From Aliivibrio fischeri ES114 (GTDB taxonomy: Bacteria > Pseudomonadota > Gammaproteobacteria > Enterobacterales > Vibrionaceae), in the NCBI RefSeq assembly GCF_000011805.1, contig NC_006840.2: a DNA stretch of 32,000 bases; one strand, 5' to 3'. Below are positions 19,006-29,637 of this stretch, one piece after another. A program made the translations under genes and the position numbers. How positions within the stretch are numbered: position 1 is the first letter of the stretch; each line of letters begins with the position of its first letter. Below the pieces are notes generated by a model. That model saw only the letters and a program-made list of their open reading frames with translations. It made no database searches and had not been told where the DNA came from.

Positions 19006-21330
19006 TTAAGCCGCGTTTGATTGCCACTTCTTACGCAGTGCCTTTGCTGCTTTTACCATATTTTCAAGCGCCGCTTCTGTTTCTTTCCAATTTCGAGTTT
19101 TCAGACCACAATCCGGATTCACCCATAAACGCTCTACTGGCACTCTTGCTGCTGCCGTTTCTATGAGGTCAACAATCCACTCTTGGCTTGGAATATTCGG
19201 GGAGTGGATATCATACACACCCGGTCCAATTTCATTTGGATAATTGAAGTCTTCAAACGCTTTCAATAACTCCATATTTGAACGAGACGTTTCAATGGTA
19301 ATCACATCTGCATCTAGCGCTGCCACCGATTCAATAATTTCATTAAACTCGCTATAACACATATGAGTATGAATTTGTGTCTCCGACTTAGCACTGGCCG
19401 CTGAAATCTTAAAGGCTTCAACTGCCCAATCTAAATACGCTTTTTGATCGCTCTTTTTAATGGGTAGTCCTTCACGAATAGCTGGCTCATCAATTTGAAT
19501 AATATTAATGCCCGCTTGCTGAAGATCTGAAACCTCATCACGCAACACCAAAGCTAACTGCTGTGCGATTTCTTTACGTGTAATGTCTTCACGTGGGAAC
19601 GTCCATCCAAGAATAGTGACAGGTCCTGTTAGCATTCCTTTCATTTGTTTGGTTGTTAACGACTGAGCGTACTGTGTCCAGCTCACTGTAATAGGTGCTT
19701 CACGTTCAATATCAGCCACCACAATTGCCGGCTTTACACAACGAGAACCATAACTTTGTACCCAGCCAAATCGTGTTGCTTGAAATCCATTTAGATTTTC
19801 CGCAAAGTATTCAACCATGTCATTACGCTCTGCCTCACCATGCACGAGTACATCCAAATCTAAACGTTCTTGACGCTCTACTGCATCAGCAATATGTCCT
19901 TTCATTGCAGTAACATAATCTTGCTCGTTCAATTTACCTGTACGGTAGGCACTGCGTTGTTGACGAATATCAGAAGTTTGTGGGAATGAACCAATTGTTG
20001 TTGTTGGTAATAATGGTAAGCCCAACTTTTCAGCTTGATGCTGTGCTCGAACAGAATACGCTTCTGCACGCTCGGCTAACGCTGGCGTAATAGCAGCTAA
20101 ACGTTGCTGTACTGCTGGCTTATTAATATGCTCCGCACTCTCACGCTCACGCAGTGGTTGACTGTATTGATGACATGCTAAAATCGCATTTTGATTACCA
20201 TCTAAAGCATCAGCTAGCAGCGTCACCTCTCTTAATTTTTGCTTAGCAAACGCAAACCATTGCAGTGTTTCTTTTGATAGTTCCGTCTCTTGATCTAAAT
20301 CGACGGGGCTATGCAATAATGAACATGAACTTGCGATCCATAATTTATCACCCAACGCTTCTTTTACTGGTTGCAGCCTTTCATGCAAACGTTCTAAATC
20401 GGCACGCCATACATTACGGCCATTAACGGCACCAACGGATAATACCCACTCTTTTGGTAACGCACTCACAATCGCATCTAACTGGTCAGGGGCCGCAGAA
20501 ACATCAATATGTAAACCATTTACTGCAAGTTTTGTAATTTTATCTAAATGATGCTCTACGCCATCAAAATAGGTGGTTAAGAGTAATTTCACATCACTTT
20601 GAATCACTTGATAAGCTAATTTAAAAGAATCCGCCCATGCTTTTGGTAATTCTAATGCGAGAATTGGCTCATCAATTTGAACCCATTCAACACCTAACGC
20701 ACTAAGCTTAGAGAAAATAGCTTGATAAGCGGTCAATAGACGAGGCAATAATGATAAACGATCAAACCCTTGTTCAACCTCTTCATCATTCACTTCTTTA
20801 CCTAACCAAAGGTAGCTAAGTGGGCCTAATAAAACAGGCTTAACATTATGTCCTTGCTTTTGTGCCTCTGCAATCTCATCAAAAAGTTGTGACCAACTGA
20901 CATTAAATTTATCGTTTTTAGAAAATTCCGGCACGATGTAGTGATAATTGGTATTAAACCACTTGGTCATATCCGATGCGGCTTCACCACAACCACAGCT
21001 GTTTTGAGATTGACCACGCCCTACTTTAAATAACGTATCTAAATCAGGGAAACCGTTATTATGACGAGCTGGCACATGTCCTAAGAGTAAACTTGTGGTT
21101 AATACATGATCGTACCAAGCAAAATCACCTGCAGTCACAAAATCCAGTCCTGAAGCGGATTGATCTTTCCAGTGACGTTGTCGTAATTCACTGCCTACAG
21201 CCAATAGTTCTTTCTGTTCTATCTCACCGCGCCAATATTTTTCCTGAGCAAATTTTAATTCTCTCTGAGCACCAACGCGCGGATAACCTAAAATATGAGT
21301 TACTGTCTTTGTCTTCGATTCTGTCGTCAT
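19006..21330 (-). CDS. metE: 5-methyltetrahydropteroyltriglutamate--homocysteine methyltransferase (cobalamin-independent)
   Basis: 774 aa, [70 protein letters not shown]. Confidence 0.98.
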   Translation of the reverse strand: MTTESKTKTVTHILGYPRVGAQRELKFAQEKYWRGEIEQKELLAVGSELRQRHWKDQSASGLDFVTAGDFAWYDHVLTTSLLLGHVPARHNNGFPDLDTLFKVGRGQSQNSCGCGEAASDMTKWFNTNYHYIVPEFSKNDKFNVSWSQLFDEIAEAQKQGHNVKPVLLGPLSYLWLGKEVNDEEVEQGFDRLSLLPRLLTAYQAIFSKLSALGVEWVQIDEPILALELPKAWADSFKLAYQVIQSDVKLLLTTYFDGVEHHLDKITKLAVNGLHIDVSAAPDQLDAIVSALPKEWVLSVGAVNGRNVWRADLERLHERLQPVKEALGDKLWIASSCSLLHSPVDLDQETELSKETLQWFAFAKQKLREVTLLADALDGNQNAILACHQYSQPLRERESAEHINKPAVQQRLAAITPALAERAEAYSVRAQHQAEKLGLPLLPTTTIGSFPQTSDIRQQRSAYRTGKLNEQDYVTAMKGHIADAVERQERLDLDVLVHGEAERNDMVEYFAENLNGFQATRFGWVQSYGSRCVKPAIVVADIEREAPITVSWTQYAQSLTTKQMKGMLTGPVTILGWTFPREDITRKEIAQQLALVLRDEVSDLQQAGINIIQIDEPAIREGLPIKKSDQKAYLDWAVEAFKISAASAKSETQIHTHMCYSEFNEIIESVAALDADVITIETSRSNMELLKAFEDFNYPNEIGPGVYDIHSPNIPSQEWIVDLIETAAARVPVERLWVNPDCGLKTRNWKETEAALENMVKAAKALRKKWQSNAA

Positions 21331-21345
21331 TTGTCTAATTCCTTT

Positions 21346-21361
21346 AGCCGTTTGGATGGCT
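21346..21361. promoter_or_regulatory. MetJ box-like pair near the metE start
   Basis: AGCCGTTTGGATGGCT, 12/16 matches to tandem met boxes AGACGTCTAGATGTCT. Confidence 0.45.
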
Positions 21362-21415
21362 AAACAATGACGTTTTTTTTCTCACTGTACAATTTCTAAT
21401 CTTTCACTTTGATTA

Positions 21416-21428
21416 TGAATTATATTCA
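21416..21428. promoter_or_regulatory. MetR-binding motif in metE-metR intergenic region
   Basis: TGAATTATATTCA matches TGAA-N5-TTCA exactly. Confidence 0.65.
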
Positions 21429-21466
21429 ACTAAACCAAATTTCATTTAAATCGATTAACTTCATTT

Positions 21467-21482
21467 AGCCGTCTAGATGTTT
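21467..21482. promoter_or_regulatory. MetJ box pair in metE-metR intergenic region
   Basis: AGCCGTCTAGATGTTT, 14/16 matches to tandem met boxes AGACGTCTAGATGTCT. Confidence 0.65.
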
Positions 21483-21550
21483 ACTTTGTTGTCTTTTCAC
21501 TTTACTGTGAAGATAATTAAACTTACTCAAACGGAACTTGAGGATCAGTA

Positions 21551-22462
21551 ATGATTGAATTAAAACATCTAAAAACCTTAACTACGCTGCGTGATACGGG
21601 ATCGTTAACCGCAACAGCAAACGCACTTCATCTCACTCAATCGGCGTTATCGCATCAACTTAAAGATTTTGAAACACGTTTAGGCAGCAGCGTATTTTTA
21701 CGAAAAACACGCCCAGTAAAGTTCACCTCTGAAGGTGAGATCCTATTAAAACTCGCCGATGATCTTTTACCTAAGTTAGCAAAAGCGGAATACGAAATTG
21801 CCAGTTTGAAAGAAGATCTACATGGAAGATTACACATGGCGATTGAATGCCACTCCTGCTTTCAATGGCTAATGCCAGCAATTAAAGAATATCAAATCAG
21901 TTGGCCTGAAGTGGAATTAGATTTCTCATCGGGTTTTGGGTTTGAGCCTTTACCTGCTTTGGTTAATGGTGATTTAGATCTTGTTATTACCTCTGATATT
22001 CAGCCACGCAGTGAAGTGCATTATGAACCTCTCTTTGATTTTGAAATGCGCTTAATCATGGCAACCAATCACCCACTTGCTAATAAAGACAGCATTGAAC
22101 CAAAAGACTTATTAGATCAAACCATGTTGACTTATCCGGTACAAAAGCAACGATTGGATGTCGTTAAGCATTTCTTATCACCGAATCATGTAGAGCCAGC
22201 AAAATGGAAACAAGCCGAAAACACATTGATGTTAGTACAAATGGTATCAGCAGGTTTAGGAGTAGCAGCTCTACCAAATTGGGCTATCAGTGAGTTTTCA
22301 CGACAAGGACTAATTGAGAGTAAACCGTTAGGGAAAGGATTGTGGCGAAGATTGTTCGCTGCCGTTAGAGACAGCGAACATGATAAAAAATATTTACAAG
22401 CATTTTTCTCTACTGCGAAACAGCAGAGCCAGAGTCATTTAGTTGGGATTAAAATGACTTAA
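21551..22462 (+). CDS. metR: LysR-family transcriptional activator MetR
   Basis: 303 aa, MIELKHLKTLTTLRDTGSLTATANALHLTQSALSHQLKDFETRLG, divergent from metE. Confidence 0.96.
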   Translation: MIELKHLKTLTTLRDTGSLTATANALHLTQSALSHQLKDFETRLGSSVFLRKTRPVKFTSEGEILLKLADDLLPKLAKAEYEIASLKEDLHGRLHMAIECHSCFQWLMPAIKEYQISWPEVELDFSSGFGFEPLPALVNGDLDLVITSDIQPRSEVHYEPLFDFEMRLIMATNHPLANKDSIEPKDLLDQTMLTYPVQKQRLDVVKHFLSPNHVEPAKWKQAENTLMLVQMVSAGLGVAALPNWAISEFSRQGLIESKPLGKGLWRRLFAAVRDSEHDKKYLQAFFSTAKQQSQSHLVGIKMT

Positions 22463-22673
22463 ATTGATTTGTTAATGGGTCATATTGGTAACCCAAACTA
22501 CTGAGCTTGTCTTGAACTCCTTGTGTATCAAGCTCATACATGCTGGATAACTCTTCTAGACTGTGGCATTCCAAGCGCAATTTTTCATTTATGATGCCGA
22601 GTAGAATTCCACTTTCTAGGCCATGTGCATTGCTTAAATCCAATCTATACCCTCCATGTTGCTTAAGAGACAA
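22449..22673 (-). CDS. DUF4250-like small protein
   Basis: 74 aa; ESGILLGIINEKLRLECHSLEELSSMYELDTQGVQDKLSSLGYQYDPLTNQFKSF resembles DUF4250 (LLS-VNMKLRD---SLE-LC---DI---L--KL---GYEY----NQF). 3' end overlaps metR tail by 14 nt. Confidence 0.7.
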   Translation of the reverse strand: MSLKQHGGYRLDLSNAHGLESGILLGIINEKLRLECHSLEELSSMYELDTQGVQDKLSSLGYQYDPLTNQFKSF

Positions 22674-22710
22674 ACTTAGAGTAGACCAATTTTCGAACAG
22701 AATGTTTGCT

Positions 22711-23418
22711 CTATCTCACAAAAAACAACTGAAACTGATAATAACCAGAAATAGCCATAATAACGTTCGCTATTAGTAAAAATTGCCACTTGATCGCCTG
22801 TTGTTTAAACAAGTGATAAGTCCAAAAACCAATACTTAATAGCATCAAACCTAAAGCAATGGCTAACTTCACTGCCATACGATCTAGAAAAATCTCATGA
22901 ACACTTAGTGTTTGGCAAAGTAAAATCACAGCCATAATGATACCGCCAACGATACCACTAATTGGTAAAATTTTATGGAATGCTTGCAGACGAGTACGAG
23001 CAAGAGCTAAAAGCAAATGAGCAAGTAGAGCACCAAAAATAAATGGACCAACTAACGCATAAAATAATTGCGTAAATGAACCTGAACCAAGCGCTAAATT
23101 AACAAAACTTGCAGCAGCAAAACCATTGGCTAATGCCAAAACAATTAATGGCCCTTTGTCTCGTGTTTTACCCGTTTTTACACTTAAATAAAAACCAGTA
23201 ATTGCGATTGCAGGAATAAAATTCATTGCAAATATCGGTGCGTAAGTCATACCAAAACCAGCAATCGCACACCAACCTAAAATTAGAGCAGGCAACCACT
23301 TATGTACGCGACCACGTTGACCTGGGCAAATATCCCCTTTATGCAAAATAATGGTCAAAATAATTTGAGCACCAAGCAAAGCAGGAATAAGGATATATTG
23401 CATAGTTTGAAATAACAT
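22711..23418 (-). CDS. Conserved integral membrane protein of unknown function
   Basis: 235 aa, about 7-8 hydrophobic segments. Overall layout resembles DmsC-type anchor proteins, but family not firmly assignable. Confidence 0.8.
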   Translation of the reverse strand: MLFQTMQYILIPALLGAQIILTIILHKGDICPGQRGRVHKWLPALILGWCAIAGFGMTYAPIFAMNFIPAIAITGFYLSVKTGKTRDKGPLIVLALANGFAAASFVNLALGSGSFTQLFYALVGPFIFGALLAHLLLALARTRLQAFHKILPISGIVGGIIMAVILLCQTLSVHEIFLDRMAVKLAIALGLMLLSIGFWTYHLFKQQAIKWQFLLIANVIMAISGYYQFQLFFVR

Positions 23419-23527
23419 AATGAAGTTCTATTTACGGAATTTGAATCAGACTAGTATAAACGCTATTTTCCCTTCGTCTAGTCACGGTTAAAAAACAACC
23501 TATTCTTATTAAGATCTCAAAAATACC

Positions 23528-23541
23528 TTGATTAATTTCAA
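23528..23541. promoter_or_regulatory. Possible FNR-like site
   Basis: TTGAT-TAAT-TTCAA, 9/10 matches to TTGAT-N4-ATCAA, between the membrane-protein gene and dcuC-type transporter. Confidence 0.35.
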
Positions 23542-23748
23542 GTTCTTATCCTTTTTTAACAATAAAAATAACAATTATTCATCGCACTATTAACAGAATT
23601 GTTTTTTGTTTGTTTTAGATCATATAGATGCAAAGTATCAGATGTGCCACAGATAAAACTTAGGTAAATTTGTGTGATGAAATGTGTAAGAAGATATTTA
23701 TTAATTACACATTTTTTGAATATTTGAAACTTTATAGAGGGAAATTCC

Positions 23749-25119
23749 ATGTTGGAGTTATTAATTGGTTTAGTAATCACCATATTTGTTGGTTACTTTA
23801 TCGTAAAAGGATATAAAGCTGCAGGCGTGTTACTGACAGCAGGTTTAGCACTGCTAATTATTGCAGGTCTTTTAGGTCATTCAGTTCTTCCTGCAAAAGT
23901 AACGGCTACAGGTAGCCTACTAACAGATGCGCTTGAGTATGTAAAATACATGCTTCAGTACCGTGGCGGCGGCTTAGGTATGCAAATCATGCTACTTTGT
24001 GGTTTTGCCTCTTACATGACTCACATCGGTGCAAACAATGTGGTTGTTAAGCAATTTTCAAAACCACTGGCATTCATTAAATCACCTTACATTCTATTAG
24101 TTGCCGCTTATATCGTAGCATGTCTAATGTCTCTTGCTGTAAGTTCAGCTACGGGCCTTGGGGTTCTATTAATGGCAACCCTATTCCCGATGATGACGGC
24201 AATGGGTATCTCACGCCCTGCAGCAGTTGCAGTGTGTGCATCACCAGCAGCAATCATCCTTTCACCTACATCAGGTGACGTCATTGTTGCAGCAGAAAAA
24301 TCAGGTTTACCTCTTCATGTTTTCGCAGTTGAAACCGTACTTCCTGTATCAATTTGTGCAATCATCGTTATGGCAGCAGCCGCGTTCTTCTGGAATAAAT
24401 ACCTTGATAAGAAAGAAAACACACCAATGGAGAAAGTCGATATTTCTGCAATGGAAGTGAACGCACCATCTTACTATGCGATTCTTCCCTTCTTACCTAT
24501 CGTAGGTGTTTTCCTGTTTAACGGCGAGACAATCCCAGGTCTATCTTTAGATATTTACACTATCGTTGTTGGTTCTATCTTTATTGGTGCGTTAGTTAAC
24601 TTTACGACCAATAAACTGAACGGTAAAAAAACATTAGAAGATTTAGAATCTTGTTATGAAGGTATGGCTGATGCATTTAAAGGCGTAGTTATGCTATTGG
24701 TTGCTGCGGGTGTATTTGCTCAAGGTCTAATGTCTGTTGGCGCAATTGATAACCTACTTCACTTAGCTGATAAAGCAGGTGCGGGTGGTATGGCTCTAAT
24801 GCTTCTACTAACCGGTTTAACCGTTGCTGCTGCTATCGCAACAGGTTCTGGTAATGCGCCTTTCTACGCATTCGTAGAGCTTGCTCCTCAGCTTGCTGGT
24901 AAAATGGGTCTTAGCCCTGCATTCCTTATCATTCCAATGCTTCAAGCATCTAACCTTGGTCGTACTATTTCACCAGTATCTGGCGTTATCGTTGCGACAT
25001 CTGGTATGGCAAAAATCAGCCCATTTGAAGTGGTAAAACGTACATCTGTTCCGGTTATCTGTGGCTTAATCACAGTAATCATCGGTACTATGGTTCTTGT
25101 TCCAATGTACGCGCAGTAA
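23749..25119 (+). CDS. dcuC: Anaerobic C4-dicarboxylate transporter, DcuC family
   Basis: 456 aa, multi-TM; MLELLIGLVITIFVGYFIVKGYKAAGVLLTAGLALLI, AVCASPAAIILSPTSGDVIVAAEKSG, SNLGRTISPVSGVIVATSGM. Confidence 0.88.
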   Translation: MLELLIGLVITIFVGYFIVKGYKAAGVLLTAGLALLIIAGLLGHSVLPAKVTATGSLLTDALEYVKYMLQYRGGGLGMQIMLLCGFASYMTHIGANNVVVKQFSKPLAFIKSPYILLVAAYIVACLMSLAVSSATGLGVLLMATLFPMMTAMGISRPAAVAVCASPAAIILSPTSGDVIVAAEKSGLPLHVFAVETVLPVSICAIIVMAAAAFFWNKYLDKKENTPMEKVDISAMEVNAPSYYAILPFLPIVGVFLFNGETIPGLSLDIYTIVVGSIFIGALVNFTTNKLNGKKTLEDLESCYEGMADAFKGVVMLLVAAGVFAQGLMSVGAIDNLLHLADKAGAGGMALMLLLTGLTVAAAIATGSGNAPFYAFVELAPQLAGKMGLSPAFLIIPMLQASNLGRTISPVSGVIVATSGMAKISPFEVVKRTSVPVICGLITVIIGTMVLVPMYAQ

Positions 25120-25143
25120 TTTTCAAATTTTACGTTTCTTATT

Positions 25144-25176
25144 AAACGCCAGTTGCTTAATACAACTGGCGTTTTT
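25144..25176 (+). terminator. Intrinsic terminator after dcuC
   Basis: CGCCAGTTG-cttaata-CAACTGGCG-TTTTTG. Confidence 0.88.
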
Positions 25177-25317
25177 GTTCCATAGTTACTTAACTTACTT
25201 TCATTTATTCGGCGTTATTACAAAATCAGCCAATCATTCACCTGTAAAATCTATCAGTTCCTTCATGTTGATTTATAAATATAAACTGCCCATACAACTG
25301 ACAAATATGGGGCGTCT

Positions 25318-26850
25318 ATGGCTAGGTTCAAACATCTTTTGGGTTTACTAATAATTTTTAGTCCTTTTTCAAGCTTAGCTGCGGCTACCACTGCTGACGA
25401 GCAATTATCTTTTGAGTCAACATCTAATGAAGAGAAACCATCAAGAAACGGTATTTATTCTCTTAAAGTTCCCAAAAACCACAAAAATCCTGACGGAGAA
25501 AAAGTTGATATTTACTATTTTTTTCATAAAGCCACTTCGGAAAGTGATCGCATAGGTCTTCTGTTTTTTAACTTCGGCGGCCCAGGAGCGGATGCAATAG
25601 GAGAGGCAAAATATACGATACAAGATCTCCCTGTGTCGATAACCAAATCTTTCGATCTGATTTTTTTAGATCCTAGAGGTACAGGTAAAAGTGCGTTCGC
25701 AGATAAAATCCGTAAATACGCGAATGAAGTCCGTAAATGTAAAGAAAAGCAAACTTGCGATACCGATGCATTTATCAAAGACATTGCCCTTCCTTATGAT
25801 GCATTTATAAAAGACATTGCCCCTTATATGGGAACGAATGCTGTGGCTGATGATATGGACGCCCTACGCGAGCATCTCGGTGAAGATAAAATTAGTTACC
25901 TCGGTTACTCATACGGAACGAGATTAGGTTCGATTTATGCAGAACGTTATCCTGATCGGATTCGTGCAGCTGTCCTTGACTCTGCAATGTCACCTATTTT
26001 TGAAAATGAAAGGGGACTAAGCATTGATCTGGCAAAAAACCATGAAAAAATTGCAGAATATCGATTAAATTATAGATTTGAGCGTTTAGAGAAACTAAGA
26101 AATATCGTTAGCATTGTACGAAATGAATCTAATTATCAGACAAATGATGGTTATAGCTTTGATAAAGAAAAAATATATACACTTTTGTATTTTTTAGTTG
26201 AAAAAGACAATGAAGATTCCATCGATTGGTTTAAGTCGAAGAAGTATGCCGCTATAACTAAGTTACTTGATACAGATGAGGGGAAAGATTTTCACGATAT
26301 ATACATTCAAGAGCAAAAAAAACAACAAGAGCAACAAGAGCAATCTACTATGGGCTTCGTGTATCCTATAGTTTCTTGTACGGATGAAATTACTCCTTTA
26401 ACAAATGAAGAAATAAGCAATGAGGATAAATACTGGCAATCATCAATGATATATGGTGGATTTTTATTTGAACTTTTCCAGACCTGTTTAAATTGGAAAG
26501 CAGAACGGTCACCGATTGCTAGTGCTGATGACATTAATAGAAATATTAGTTCCAATATTTTGATAATTGGAGGACGCTATGACCCAAACACAGCTTATAA
26601 CTGGGCAGAAGATATGCATAAAACCATAAAGTCCTCCACTCTTATTACAGTAGATGGATATAACTCAGTACAACATGGCTTTAGTTTTAGTGGTACCAAA
26701 TGTGTCGATAAAATAACGACTGAATACCTGTTTAATCCTTCGAAAAAAATTAGCGATACAACCTGTAAAAGATCTCCCCCAAATAATCTGATGTCTTCTC
26801 CCAAAAACTGGCGGGAACGTATTGAATATGAGCCTCTAAGTAAACCATAA
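25318..26850 (+). CDS. Exported alpha/beta hydrolase, tripeptidyl aminopeptidase (S33)-like
   Basis: 510 aa, signal peptide MARFKHLLGLLIIFSPFSSLAAA, LFFNFGGPGADAIG, FLDPRGTGKS, nucleophile elbow YLGYSYGTRLGSIYAERYPDRIRAAVLD, C-terminal NILIIGGRYDPNTAYNWAEDM, DGYNSVQHG. Confidence 0.88.
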   Translation: MARFKHLLGLLIIFSPFSSLAAATTADEQLSFESTSNEEKPSRNGIYSLKVPKNHKNPDGEKVDIYYFFHKATSESDRIGLLFFNFGGPGADAIGEAKYTIQDLPVSITKSFDLIFLDPRGTGKSAFADKIRKYANEVRKCKEKQTCDTDAFIKDIALPYDAFIKDIAPYMGTNAVADDMDALREHLGEDKISYLGYSYGTRLGSIYAERYPDRIRAAVLDSAMSPIFENERGLSIDLAKNHEKIAEYRLNYRFERLEKLRNIVSIVRNESNYQTNDGYSFDKEKIYTLLYFLVEKDNEDSIDWFKSKKYAAITKLLDTDEGKDFHDIYIQEQKKQQEQQEQSTMGFVYPIVSCTDEITPLTNEEISNEDKYWQSSMIYGGFLFELFQTCLNWKAERSPIASADDINRNISSNILIIGGRYDPNTAYNWAEDMHKTIKSSTLITVDGYNSVQHGFSFSGTKCVDKITTEYLFNPSKKISDTTCKRSPPNNLMSSPKNWRERIEYEPLSKP

Positions 26851-26864
26851 TCGTAGACATGATA

Positions 26865-26913
26865 AAAACTGTCAATAAACTGCTTCATGTTGTTCTTACT
26901 TATTGACAGTTTT
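26865..26913. terminator. Long hairpin downstream of the S33 peptidase gene
   Basis: AAAACTGTCAATAA ... TTATTGACAGTTTT, perfect 14-bp arms with a 21-nt loop. Confidence 0.65.
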
Positions 26914-27056
26914 CACTTTATTTGAGTCGACCTATAACTTAAAAACAACTAGGTAGGCATTTTCCTTACAAACAATTTACCTAATGCTCACGCAAATCTT
27001 ATAAATTAACGATACATTTAGCTTATCAATATTTATAACCATACGGACACATACTA

Positions 27057-27137
27057 ATGATTAAAGATACGGCTATCATTTTCGCACTTTCCTTTTTAGC
27101 CATTTCTATCACCTATTTATGTCGTTTATATATGTAG
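27057..27137 (+). CDS. Possible 26-aa small membrane protein
   Basis: ATG-initiated MIKDTAIIFALSFLAISITYLCRLYM*, one hydrophobic helix, followed by a hairpin CCCT-ta-CTCAT-AATGAGGG then CTTTCTTTT. No homology evidence available. Confidence 0.3.
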   Translation: MIKDTAIIFALSFLAISITYLCRLYM

Positions 27138-27241
27138 TTCAACGAGCACTCGAACTCCCTTACTCATAATGAGGGCTTTCTTTTCTGGTTAATCCCACCT
27201 CAAATCGGTATAATTCGGCCTCCAAATTCTGAGGTGAACTA

Positions 27242-29611
27242 ATGCACAACGTAACTCCAATTAATCAATACCCGAAATTCTGGGCAGAATGCTATGGAAC
27301 GGCTCCGTTTCTACCAACCTCTCGTAAAGAGATGGAACAATTAGGATGGGATAGCTGCGACATCATTATTGTTACCGGAGATGCGTATGTTGACCATCCA
27401 AGTTTTGGTATGGCGATTATTGGACGTTTACTTGAATCTCAAGGTTTCCGTGTTGGTATTATTGCTCAGCCTAAATGGGACAATAAAGATGCGTTCATGA
27501 AGCTAGGAAAACCAAATTTATTTTTTGGTATTACTGCTGGCAACATGGATTCAATGATCAACCGCTATACATCAGATAAAAAACTTCGCCACGATGACGC
27601 CTACACGCCAAATAACGAAGGCGGAAAACGTCCTGATCGTGCTGTTCTTGTTTACTCGCAGCGTTGTCGTGAGGCTTTCAAAGACACACCGATTGTTTTA
27701 GGCGGTATTGAAGCAAGCTTACGCCGTTTAGCGCACTACGATTACTGGTCTGATAAAGTTCGCCGCTCAGTATTATTTGATGCAAAGGGCGACATTCTTC
27801 TTTTTGGTAATGCAGAACGTGCATTAGTTGAAGTCGCTCATCGTCTTGCTAATGGCGAAGACGTAAAAACAATGACCAACATTCGTGGTACCGCAGTGAA
27901 TTTACCTGCTGAACCAGAAGGCTTTAAGATCATTGATTCATCGCGCATTGAAAAGCCAAGCCAAGCCGTCTTTGTTCCTCAAAACCCTTACGAAACTGAA
28001 GAACAATGTGAGAGTAATAAAGCGGATGCTAAAGAAGACAAGCCGCAAGTTATTACCGTTCGTCCATCACGACATGACGCAAAAACGACGGCAGTTCGAC
28101 TTCCTCCATTCGAGAAGTTAAATAATGACCGTATTCTTTATGCTCATGCTAGCCGTGTTATGCATTTAGAAACCAATCCATACTCTGGACGTGCGCTAAT
28201 TCAACGCCACGGTGACCGTGAATTATGGGTAAACCAAGCGCCTATTCCACTCACGACAGAAGAAATGGATTTTGTGTTTGATTTACCTTTTGCTCGTGTT
28301 CCTCATCCAATGTACGGCAAAGCAAAAATCCCTGCATATGACATGATTAAAACATCGGTCAATATTATGCGTGGCTGTTTTGGTGGTTGTTCATTCTGTA
28401 GTATCACAGAACACGAAGGTCGCATCATTCAAAACCGTTCAAAAGAATCCATTTTGAACGAGTTAGAAGAAATTCGCGACAAAGTACCTGGATTTACAGG
28501 TACGATTTCAGATCTTGGTGGTCCAACAGCCAACATGTATCGTTTAGGTTGCTCAGTACCTAAAGCAGAAGCGACATGTCGTCGTCCATCATGCGTATTC
28601 CCTAAGATCTGTGAAAAGCTAAATACTGATCATAAACATACGATTGATTTATATCGTGAAGCACGAAAAGTAAAAGGCGTGAAAAAAGTCCTAATCGCAT
28701 CAGGTGTACGTTATGATTTAGCAATTGAATCTCCTGAATACGTTCGTGAATTAGTGACACATCACGTTGGTGGTTATTTAAAAATTGCCCCAGAACATAC
28801 TGAAAAAGGTCCATTAGATTTAATGATGAAGCCGGGTATGGGGACGTACGATCGCTTCAAGTCTATGTTTGAAAAATACAGCCAAGAAGCAGGCAAAAAA
28901 CAATATTTAATTCCTTACTTCATCTCAGCGCACCCGGGAACAGAAGATGAGGATATGCTTAATCTTGCTCTTTGGCTTAAGAAGAATAATTTTGAATGTG
29001 ACCAAGTTCAGAACTTCTATCCATCGCCTATGTGTAATGCAACATCCATGTATTATTCAGAAACGAACCCATTAAAACGCGTAAAATACAAAAAGCGTGA
29101 AGATGTACCAGTAGCTAAAGGTGAACGTCAACGCCGATTACATAAAGCGTTACTTCGTTATCATGATCCTAAAAACTGGAAGTTGATCCGTGAAGCACTT
29201 ATCAATATGGGTAAGAAACATTTAATTGGCGATAAGCCAAACTGTCTTGTTCCTGAAGAAGATTTAGATGCTCAAACACCAGCAGAACGTCGTCAAACTG
29301 GACGTCATGGTGCTAAACGCTTTGCGACTAAACATACGAAAGGCCAATTTGATGGCGATTCACGTACGAGTAATAATAACAATCGTAACGGAAAAAATAA
29401 TCGTAATGGCAAACCTGCAGGTCAAGGACAACAACAAAATCGTAATGGGAATGCACATTCAGAAAAACCGACATCAAGCGGTAAGAAAAATGGTGTTCGC
29501 AACGGTTACTCTAATGGAAAGCCTAGCAATAATAGCAAGCCAAGCGGCAATAAACCGTCAGCAAATAAGCCTTCAGGTTCAGGCCCTAAACGTAAGCCAA
29601 AACATCGTTAA
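27242..29611 (+). CDS. YgiQ family radical SAM protein
   Basis: 789 aa, [29 protein letters not shown] radical SAM CxxxCxx[33 protein letters not shown]; basic Asn/Ser/Lys-rich C-terminal tail. Confidence 0.95.
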   Translation: MHNVTPINQYPKFWAECYGTAPFLPTSRKEMEQLGWDSCDIIIVTGDAYVDHPSFGMAIIGRLLESQGFRVGIIAQPKWDNKDAFMKLGKPNLFFGITAGNMDSMINRYTSDKKLRHDDAYTPNNEGGKRPDRAVLVYSQRCREAFKDTPIVLGGIEASLRRLAHYDYWSDKVRRSVLFDAKGDILLFGNAERALVEVAHRLANGEDVKTMTNIRGTAVNLPAEPEGFKIIDSSRIEKPSQAVFVPQNPYETEEQCESNKADAKEDKPQVITVRPSRHDAKTTAVRLPPFEKLNNDRILYAHASRVMHLETNPYSGRALIQRHGDRELWVNQAPIPLTTEEMDFVFDLPFARVPHPMYGKAKIPAYDMIKTSVNIMRGCFGGCSFCSITEHEGRIIQNRSKESILNELEEIRDKVPGFTGTISDLGGPTANMYRLGCSVPKAEATCRRPSCVFPKICEKLNTDHKHTIDLYREARKVKGVKKVLIASGVRYDLAIESPEYVRELVTHHVGGYLKIAPEHTEKGPLDLMMKPGMGTYDRFKSMFEKYSQEAGKKQYLIPYFISAHPGTEDEDMLNLALWLKKNNFECDQVQNFYPSPMCNATSMYYSETNPLKRVKYKKREDVPVAKGERQRRLHKALLRYHDPKNWKLIREALINMGKKHLIGDKPNCLVPEEDLDAQTPAERRQTGRHGAKRFATKHTKGQFDGDSRTSNNNNRNGKNNRNGKPAGQGQQQNRNGNAHSEKPTSSGKKNGVRNGYSNGKPSNNSKPSGNKPSANKPSGSGPKRKPKHR

Positions 29612-29637
29612 CGACTAATACAAATCGTAGTAAATAT

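Noticed and set aside
23556-23783. 75-aa minus-strand ORF in the dcuC upstream region
   Set aside because: Runs antisense across the dcuC start and has no family signature.
24227-24460. 77-aa plus-strand ORF inside dcuC
   Set aside because: Out-of-frame shadow of a well-supported transporter gene; same reasoning applies to similar ORFs in rnd, fadD, metE, ygiQ and the S33 peptidase.
25441-25784. Two minus-strand ORFs (60 and 86 aa) inside the S33 peptidase gene
   Set aside because: Antisense shadows of a strongly supported coding sequence with signal peptide and catalytic motifs.
29268-29618. 116-aa plus-strand ORF overlapping the YgiQ C-terminus
   Set aside because: Out-of-frame reading of the repetitive aat/cgt/aaa-rich tail. 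Low complexity explains the absence of stops.
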